From sequence record OQ411014.1: a stretch of 64,000 bases of DNA; one strand, 5' to 3'. Shown piece by piece: positions 57,472 through 64,000 of the stretch. A program made the position numbers and the translations under genes. Each line of letters starts with the position of its first letter. Within the stretch, counting starts at the first letter, position 1. Under the pieces are notes generated by a model. It made no database searches and was not told where the DNA came from. It saw nothing but the letters and a program-made list of their open reading frames with translations.

Positions 57472-58707
57472 ATGAAAGGTAAGTATTTTTTTGTTGAAAA
57501 CGGTAAAGAAATCGAAATCCAAGAATTCAATTACGAGTACTATCGTAACTCCCTGCTGCGTAATTGGGATAAACTTAAAAACTCCAATTTTAAGTTCTAT
57601 CTGAATCTGGTAATTTCTAAAACAGTACTGTCTAATGGTGAACTCGAATTTGATGTTCGTAAACTACCATTGGATGAAATTTACTATAGCTCACGTCGTC
57701 TTCGCATCCAGAAATTGATTATGGATGACATTATGTTTGACCGTTCGTTGCGTGTTCAGGATCTTCCTTTACCTAAACTGACTCGTGAATACAATGAATG
57801 GAAGGAACAACAAGAAGCTAAAGCTAAAATGCCATTGCCTGCACCAACGGTTAACGTTCCAGTATATAAATCTGCTGAACGTGTAGAAGTTGATAAAACG
57901 GATGCTCGCATTCCTGATATTATTCAGTTCAGTACTGCATATACTGGTTTGCAGAATTTTGATATCCAGGGTAACGTACTGCAAGTACTGGACTGGATTG
58001 TGAACTACGATGTTTGTAACCGCGAGTTGGCTGTTCAATCGCAGGGTATTTCTGAAAAGAAAATCACACTATCCAGTGCTATCAATGATAATAGTAAGTA
58101 CCTTGAAAGTGTGTTCGATAAACTTCGCGTAACAATGGAAGAACTATTCCCATTGAAACCATCTTTACTGAAACGTATGTTCGGTAAGAACGATGGCCTA
58201 GAAGTGAAAGAAAAGGACATGAGTAAAGTACTGTCAACTCTTCAAAGTGCGGTGAAGTTTGATTATACTCGCTTTGAAGGTATCAAAACTCTGTTTGATG
58301 AAATCAATGCAGATATTGAAACGTTACAGAAGAACATCGATTGTGGTCAAACGGCTTGTCAGTTCCAGGTTTCAGTACTGGAAGATAAGTTCGAATGGGA
58401 ACTCGGTGCTGCTCGTTTAGAAAAGGTTGGTGTAGCTACTGATATTATGTTAGCATCACTTATCAGTACTCGTCAGGAGTTCATGGTGAACTTCAACCGT
58501 ATGAACGAAGTGCAAACCATCCTGATTCCGCTGGTGGTTGATCGTCTTCAGAGTCAAGTTGGTTCTAAGATTGATGCACAAACTGAAAAGACAATCCGTG
58601 CATTAGCATATGGTGCATCTTCTAGTCCTGCTGAAGAGGAAGAGAAAGCGAACCACATCACTATTGATGAAGAACCTAGTCGCGGTGTCGCTTTTCGTAA
58701 GCAATAA
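57472..58707 (+). CDS. Divergent TelA-like coiled-coil protein with extra N-terminal domain
   Basis: C-terminal half helical with LLKRMFG and NRMNEVQTILIPL, paralleling the neighbour. Confidence 0.5.
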   Translation: MKGKYFFVENGKEIEIQEFNYEYYRNSLLRNWDKLKNSNFKFYLNLVISKTVLSNGELEFDVRKLPLDEIYYSSRRLRIQKLIMDDIMFDRSLRVQDLPLPKLTREYNEWKEQQEAKAKMPLPAPTVNVPVYKSAERVEVDKTDARIPDIIQFSTAYTGLQNFDIQGNVLQVLDWIVNYDVCNRELAVQSQGISEKKITLSSAINDNSKYLESVFDKLRVTMEELFPLKPSLLKRMFGKNDGLEVKEKDMSKVLSTLQSAVKFDYTRFEGIKTLFDEINADIETLQKNIDCGQTACQFQVSVLEDKFEWELGAARLEKVGVATDIMLASLISTRQEFMVNFNRMNEVQTILIPLVVDRLQSQVGSKIDAQTEKTIRALAYGASSSPAEEEEKANHITIDEEPSRGVAFRKQ

Positions 58708-58726
58708 AAAAGATTCAAAAAAGATG

Positions 58727-58755
58727 TTGACAGGGAGTATGTAGGAACCTATAAT
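58727..58755 (+). promoter_or_regulatory. Consensus sigma70 (early) promoter TTGACA-N17-TATAAT
   Basis: Perfect consensus. Confidence 0.9.
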
Positions 58756-58804
58756 ACTCCCATACCAAACGAGATGTACTTAAACAACCCATAAGGAACA
58801 CAAA

Positions 58805-59950
58805 ATGTCCGAGAAAGAAATCAACCCAAAAGCAATCGTAAAAACAAAAGCAAAAGCAAAAGCAAAAAAAGCAGCTACTGTATCTCGTACGATTGATGAA
58901 ACTATTGATTTTGTTGATGTTGAAACCAAGAATCTTCCTGCTGCTCCAGTACTGAAAGATTCTAAAGGTGGTACTCTAGCTCTGACCATCGAGAATATCA
59001 ACACTCTAGGTACTGATGTTGGTACTGGTATTGGTAAACTCTCTGATGATATTCTTCGTCAGGTGAACGTAGCGAACGACAATACCGAATTTGGTAAGTC
59101 CGTAAGTACTATTCTGACTCTAACCCGTAAGGTTGATATTGAGTCCCTGAACGGTGAGCAGACTGGTCTTCTGGCTAAGTTCCGTAACATGTTCAAAGAT
59201 GTGAAACATCGTGTATCTGACCAGTTGACTAACAGCCACGAACAGATCCAAGAAGTTGTCGCTACTCTGGAAACTGGTATCAACCGTATGCGTGGTGAAG
59301 CTGAATGGCTGAAACAAACTTACGATGCGAACATTGTATATCTGAAAGAACTCGAAGAAGTAGTACTGAACATTCAAGAAGTACGTGAAGTTGAAGATGC
59401 GAAACTCAAAGAACTTCTCGCTGATGACAGTACTGAAATGCACATTCTTGATGCACAAAAGATGATTTCTGAAGCTCTGTCCAAGCAAGAAGATAAAGTA
59501 AACCGTCTGATTCACCTGTGTCGTCTGAACGCACCACAAATCATGGCTATGCGTGGTGTGAACATCAACACAATTGATAAGTTCGAATCTCTGAAAACTG
59601 TAGTAATTCCAGCTTGGAAATCTAAGATTGCTCAAGGTCTGATTACTGATCGTCAGCGTCGTGATAACGAACTGGGTGAAATGATGGACAACGAAACTAA
59701 CCGTCTGTTCCTTGAAAGTGCTAAACAAACCAGTACTAACATGGTAACAGCAGCTAAATCCGCACAACGAGGGGTAGTAGATATCAAAACTCTACGTGAA
59801 GTACAGAAGATTACCACACAGGGTATCAAAGAAACTATCGCAGTACAGAAAGCAGGTGAAGCAGAACGTGAAGCAGCAAAACGTGAACTAGCTAACATGC
59901 GTATCGAACTTCGTGATACTCTACGCGATATCAAAAACGAATCTCGCTAA
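58805..59950 (+). CDS. telA: Toxic anion resistance protein TelA family
   Basis: GLLAKFRNMF, QI..VV..L, APQI.AM..VN...I.K, VIPAWK, N.LF..SA, VVDI.TL. Confidence 0.85.
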   Translation: MSEKEINPKAIVKTKAKAKAKKAATVSRTIDETIDFVDVETKNLPAAPVLKDSKGGTLALTIENINTLGTDVGTGIGKLSDDILRQVNVANDNTEFGKSVSTILTLTRKVDIESLNGEQTGLLAKFRNMFKDVKHRVSDQLTNSHEQIQEVVATLETGINRMRGEAEWLKQTYDANIVYLKELEEVVLNIQEVREVEDAKLKELLADDSTEMHILDAQKMISEALSKQEDKVNRLIHLCRLNAPQIMAMRGVNINTIDKFESLKTVVIPAWKSKIAQGLITDRQRRDNELGEMMDNETNRLFLESAKQTSTNMVTAAKSAQRGVVDIKTLREVQKITTQGIKETIAVQKAGEAEREAAKRELANMRIELRDTLRDIKNESR

Positions 59951-59957
59951 GACATAC

Positions 59958-59984
59958 AGTGCCACTTTATGTGGCACTTTTTTT
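59958..59984 (+). terminator. Intrinsic terminator
   Basis: AGTGCCAC-N5-GTGGCACT then T run. Confidence 0.85.
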
Positions 59985-60001
59985 AATTCAATGGAGGATA
60001 T

Positions 60002-60685
60002 ATGACCCGTAGAAGTGCATTAGATATTGAAACGTTATCTACTCCTGAACATTCAGGTTATAGCATTGTTGTCCCGAACTTTGCATTCGTAACCATTCCT
60101 GAAGGGGATGAAGAACTAGAGTGGATGTACGTGAAGTGTCCTATCCAGGATCAACTTGACGCTGGACTAAAACTCAGTACTCATGGTATGGATTTCTGGT
60201 ATAACCTTTGTGCTAAAGAATACCAACACGCACATAAAGAAGTACTTGATTGTAACTCTCTCAGTACTGTTCAGATTTACACGAATGCAAAATATGCAAA
60301 CACCAACACTCAGAACCTGCCGTTGTCAATTCGTCAATTCGTTTACGGTAACAGTACTGGTGAACAGTTAGAGTTTGATAATGCACCAGAAGTGTTCGGT
60401 AACGGGTGTAATTTCGATTGCTCGATTCTTCAACAAAACATCCTAACTATGTACGGCACTGGTGAACTATGGCACTACAGTTCTCCACAGAATGCCCGTA
60501 CTCTAAAGAATCGCATCAATCCTGATGAACGTGATCGTATGGATAAGTACGTCAGTACTAAATTGGAAGAGTTCTGTGCTTCTCTACCACCGGAAGTTGG
60601 CACTATGCAATTACACCATCCACTGTATGATGCAGCCCGTGAAGCACTACAGATGAAATGTTGCTTAGATATCTTGACATTCTAA
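60002..60685 (+). CDS. DEDDh 3'-5' exonuclease (DexA/Rv2179c-like)
   Basis: LDIETLST, GNGCNFDCSIL, HHPLYDA. Confidence 0.85.
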   Translation: MTRRSALDIETLSTPEHSGYSIVVPNFAFVTIPEGDEELEWMYVKCPIQDQLDAGLKLSTHGMDFWYNLCAKEYQHAHKEVLDCNSLSTVQIYTNAKYANTNTQNLPLSIRQFVYGNSTGEQLEFDNAPEVFGNGCNFDCSILQQNILTMYGTGELWHYSSPQNARTLKNRINPDERDRMDKYVSTKLEEFCASLPPEVGTMQLHHPLYDAAREALQMKCCLDILTF

Positions 60686-60701
60686 TATATGTACGTATAA
60701 T
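60674..60701 (+). promoter_or_regulatory. Sigma70 promoter TTGACA-N16-TATAAT
   Basis: Consensus hexamers, 16-bp spacer. Confidence 0.8.
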
Positions 60702-60740
60702 GGGTATCAACAGTGATGCCCTTTTTAACAGGAGAACAAG

Positions 60741-61838
60741 ATGCTCAATTTTGCTATATTAGCCATACCAAGTATCATCGTCCTGATTGTGATGAAGTAC
60801 AAATACGATCATCACATCAGTACTAAAGAAGTACTAATCCACGCTGGTGCAATTATTGTAATGTCACTAGTTGTACTTGGACTAACGTATGCAGTACTGT
60901 ACGCTAAGTTGGGTGATGTTGAAATACTCAACGGTGAAGTAACGAATAAGTACAAACACACCGAATGGTGTACACAAAGTTCATCATGTAAGTACTATAC
61001 ATGGCATGAACGATGTTCTTACAGTACTGATTCTAAAGGTAAACGAACTAAGTCATGTGTATCGTATAAAGTATTTGATTATACATATGAAGTTGATTGG
61101 TATGTTGAAAGTACTGTAGGTTCTAATGTGATTGAGCGAGTGAACCGACAAGGTACACAAATGCCATCACGATGGGCGGCAGTGAAGATGGGCGACCCAG
61201 CAGCAGCAGAACATTATTACACGAATTATCTATTCGCTGATGAACATTCATTGTTTGCTGAAAGAAAGTTCGAAGAGTCATATGATGTGGAATATCAGAA
61301 AGAAATTCCTGATTATCCTTCGGTGTATGATTACTACAATGTAAGTCATATCGTAAACAGTACTAAACATAGTGTTGCAGGATATGAACAATATATTGCC
61401 AATGAGTTAAAAACTCTAGGCAAAGAAAAACAACTAAATTTAGTAATAGTGCTTTACAACCACAACGATCCATTATATACTGATGCTCTACTTAGCAAAT
61501 GGCGTGGTGGGAAAAAGAATGATGTAATCATGATGTTCGGTTTAGACGCAGATGGAACAGTTCGTTCATTCAGAAGTACTTCGTTTGCACAAGGTATGAA
61601 GAATGAGATGTTGCACAGTACTTTACGTATTGACGCACTATCTGAAAAGATGAACATCCATTTGCTTGAGAAACAAGTAAAGACAGTTGCAGAAAAATTC
61701 AATAGACTTCCTAACGAGGACTTCAAATACATGAAGTACAAGATGGAACCTAAGAAAGAGTTCATCGTACTGGGTTCAATCGTACTGTTAGTTATGTCTA
61801 TTTTTATTGGCTTATATATGAGAGATAATGAATTATGA
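60741..61838 (+). CDS. Membrane protein (2 N-terminal TM, large extracytoplasmic domain with Cys pairs, C-terminal TM)
   Basis: Hydrophobic ends; W.GGKKNDV motif; AGGAG RBS. Confidence 0.8.
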   Translation: MLNFAILAIPSIIVLIVMKYKYDHHISTKEVLIHAGAIIVMSLVVLGLTYAVLYAKLGDVEILNGEVTNKYKHTEWCTQSSSCKYYTWHERCSYSTDSKGKRTKSCVSYKVFDYTYEVDWYVESTVGSNVIERVNRQGTQMPSRWAAVKMGDPAAAEHYYTNYLFADEHSLFAERKFEESYDVEYQKEIPDYPSVYDYYNVSHIVNSTKHSVAGYEQYIANELKTLGKEKQLNLVIVLYNHNDPLYTDALLSKWRGGKKNDVIMMFGLDADGTVRSFRSTSFAQGMKNEMLHSTLRIDALSEKMNIHLLEKQVKTVAEKFNRLPNEDFKYMKYKMEPKKEFIVLGSIVLLVMSIFIGLYMRDNEL

Positions 61839-62392
61839 GTAAAGGACTTATTTTAGTAATCGGTGTAATCGTTATTGTAGTACTGGGTGGTTTAGGTCTT
61901 CTGAGTACTTACACTTCAGTCCATGACAAAGCAACTGAATTTGAATCGAACATTGAACGTCTGTACAAGGCTTCAGAAAACGATTTGAGTAATTACACTC
62001 TAACCATCAAGGATAAGACACAAATCTCCGAAATGTATGTTGGTGACTTGCGTTCTGTTATTGGTGAATACTTCAACGGTAAACAAGGTGTTACTGAGAA
62101 ACAAGTAATGTCCTTTATCCAACAGCACATCCCGAACTTGGATAGTAAGATTTACCAAGAACTACTGGCAACGATTGAAGGTGGTCGTAAACAGTTCGCT
62201 AACACACAGAAGTTGAAAATTGACCAGTGTGCATCGTATGATAAATTCCGTAAAAGTTTCTGGAATTCTAAAATCATCGATAACGGTACTTTCCCTGGTA
62301 AGAACGTTGAACATTGGTGTACGGTAGTGTCTGACCAACAAACCCGAACAGCAATGCAAACTGGGATTCAAGAACCAATCAAATTTAGATAA
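61835..62392 (+). CDS. Membrane-anchored helical protein (LemA-like topology)
   Basis: N-terminal signal anchor, coiled coil; overlaps previous stop. Confidence 0.7.
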   Translation: MSKGLILVIGVIVIVVLGGLGLLSTYTSVHDKATEFESNIERLYKASENDLSNYTLTIKDKTQISEMYVGDLRSVIGEYFNGKQGVTEKQVMSFIQQHIPNLDSKIYQELLATIEGGRKQFANTQKLKIDQCASYDKFRKSFWNSKIIDNGTFPGKNVEHWCTVVSDQQTRTAMQTGIQEPIKFR

Positions 62393-62399
62393 TAATACA

Positions 62400-62429
62400 G
62401 CGAAAGGTCATATGGCCTTTCGCTTTTTT
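62400..62429 (+). terminator. Intrinsic terminator
   Basis: GCGAAAGGTC-N4-GGCCTTTCGC then T run. Confidence 0.8.
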
Positions 62430-62442
62430 GCGAGGAATACAT

Positions 62443-63042
62443 ATGCGTGAAGTACTGTTTACATTAGCTGATGGGTTAGCAACTTCCCATAAAGCAATCA
62501 AAGAAACTAATCTATATAAAGAACTCAAACGATACAAATCTAACAATTTTAGTTATGTAGTAACGCCTGAAAATATTGAAATTTCTGCTCATGCTACATA
62601 CACAGAACCGCCACCACCCAAGACTGGTCCAGCTTTGTCAACCAATAGTATTAGCGTTCCTAATGGTGCTATGACAGGCTACTACTTTTCAGGACCACAT
62701 AATTATTTTATAAAGCTAAAACTCATTCTCAATGCATGGAATGAAGTTCTGAATATTCGCATAGTTCGCAATGTGAATAACCCCAACACTATCAACACTG
62801 TAGGTTCGCACTCATTTACCATTACCAATGACGGTCAAAGTAACTACAGTCTAGAAGATGGTGGAGATCTTTTACATAACGTGCTATTTGTTGATAAAGA
62901 CTATATCCTTTATGATGGGAAGGTGTATAATATCAATAGTTCTCCTACTGCATTCAATGAATCAATGTTCGGTGACACAATTACAGTACTGGATTTTGTG
63001 GAGATCAAAGAACGCTTTGAAGCTATCGTACGTGAAGGATAA
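62443..63042 (+). CDS. Hypothetical protein
   Basis: GAGG RBS before ATG 62443. Confidence 0.7.
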   Translation: MREVLFTLADGLATSHKAIKETNLYKELKRYKSNNFSYVVTPENIEISAHATYTEPPPPKTGPALSTNSISVPNGAMTGYYFSGPHNYFIKLKLILNAWNEVLNIRIVRNVNNPNTINTVGSHSFTITNDGQSNYSLEDGGDLLHNVLFVDKDYILYDGKVYNINSSPTAFNESMFGDTITVLDFVEIKERFEAIVREG

Positions 63043-63046
63043 AAAA

Positions 63047-63520
63047 ATGTCAGAATTGTATGAAGAGTTTATTGAAGATGATGAAGCTGGTTACAACGAA
63101 ACACTAATTCATGGTGTTCGTGCATTGGTCAGTACTGGCATTCTAAAGAACATTAAGAGTGTTCAGGATGCAGTTCAATCTGGTTGTGCTTTCGAAATGG
63201 ATATCCTAGACAAAACTAATGTCTGGAATTCATTGAAGTGCAAAACCAATTACAACTCAATCTGTGTTGATTTTCTTTTACAGCCAGGAACACCCGAAAC
63301 CCGAAAAATGCATGTTGTATTCAGGGATGGTAAATGTATATTCTTTAGCGTTAGTATTCATGATATTGTCATGGACGTTGTTTTGTGTGATGATTCATTT
63401 ATGTTCAGCTATGGTGATAACATTACATATTCACATTTTGAAGAACATGAGTTCCAGTACTCTACATGTTCTGAAGCAGTCGCTTCTTTATTAGCACTAT
63501 CTAAAACTCGTAAGGAGTAA
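63047..63520 (+). CDS. Hypothetical acidic protein
   Basis: AAGGA RBS before ATG 63047. Confidence 0.7.
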   Translation: MSELYEEFIEDDEAGYNETLIHGVRALVSTGILKNIKSVQDAVQSGCAFEMDILDKTNVWNSLKCKTNYNSICVDFLLQPGTPETRKMHVVFRDGKCIFFSVSIHDIVMDVVLCDDSFMFSYGDNITYSHFEEHEFQYSTCSEAVASLLALSKTRKE

Positions 63521-63523
63521 AAC

Positions 63524-63880
63524 ATGACTTGGATTTATCTTATTCTTTTATTCTCTGTAGTACTGTACCTTTTCTTTCTGAAAGGTGTTTCTGTAGTACT
63601 ACGCAAGATTGACAGTACTGAATGTGACGGTTCGATTGTGGATGTAATCATGGATTACCCACGTACAGTACTTGTGGGTTTATTTGTATTCTTGCTTATG
63701 TCCTTGTTTACTGTGCGTTATCAGATTGGTCAGATGTATGACTGTTCTGTTCGTAGTTCAGTACAGCAGGTACAAACGCAATATTCATGGTACTTTGATG
63801 TATGTCAGTTCAAGAACAAGTCCGGTGTTTGGATTGATTTCAAACAAGTTCGTGCTACACCGGATGGTGAGGAAGAGTAA
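63524..63880 (+). CDS. Small membrane protein (2 TM)
   Basis: AAGGAG RBS; two hydrophobic segments. Confidence 0.75.
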   Translation: MTWIYLILLFSVVLYLFFLKGVSVVLRKIDSTECDGSIVDVIMDYPRTVLVGLFVFLLMSLFTVRYQIGQMYDCSVRSSVQQVQTQYSWYFDVCQFKNKSGVWIDFKQVRATPDGEEE

Positions 63881-63886
63881 TATATA

Positions 63887-64000
63887 ATGTTCGAATTTGA
63901 AGAAGAGATTTATTTTGATCCTTCTGAAGATGGCTATACACACCTAAATGCGTATAGTAAAGGACGTACACGTTTGGGGAGGATGCTATCTAATTTTGCA
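63887..64000 (+). CDS. Partial ORF, possibly NADAR-like family (3'-truncated)
   Basis: Hand-translated MFEFEEEIYFDPSEDGYTHLNAYSKGRTRLGRMLSNFA. Confidence 0.55.
   Translation, partial: MFEFEEEIYFDPSEDGYTHLNAYSKGRTRLGRMLSNFA

Noticed and set aside
59120-59767. 215-aa minus-strand ORF inside telA
   Set aside because: Antisense shadow of a strongly biased coding strand; no RBS, atypical composition.

Overview
This window is an AT-rich (roughly 37-38% GC by eye), densely coding segment of a large dsDNA jumbo myophage genome. Gene content and order suggest a T4-related, Rak2/GAP32/PBECO4-like phage; that assignment is inference. It holds the replication, recombination and nucleotide-metabolism core: family B polymerase (5' end outside the window), sliding clamp, clamp loader, gp32-like SSB, UvsX/UvsY/UvsW, primase, helicase, Dda, two-subunit type II topoisomerase, NrdA/NrdB, DHFR, two kinds of RNase H and several exonucleases. 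It also has an intein-containing large terminase, host-takeover genes (IF3, ClpS-like, two GroES, two TelA-like) and scattered late/virion genes. No tRNA, rRNA, CRISPR array or IS was recognised. Main unexplained signals: (1) the palindrome AGTACT occurs about 195 times by hand count versus about 20 expected, in all codon phases, densest in the sigma70-driven last 7 kb; (2) a minimal DnaE-type polymerase is split at one exact point into two genes 30 kb apart, with its catalytic aspartates intact; (3) a class 3 intein starting with Lys sits in the terminase Walker A, preceded by a catalytically dead terminase-ATPase paralogue; (4) three promoter classes are readable, one with a phage-specific consensus WTGAGAYA-N11-TGTGATATAAT; (5) tandem T4 gpT-like holin paralogues. 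All calls are by eye, with no database search.
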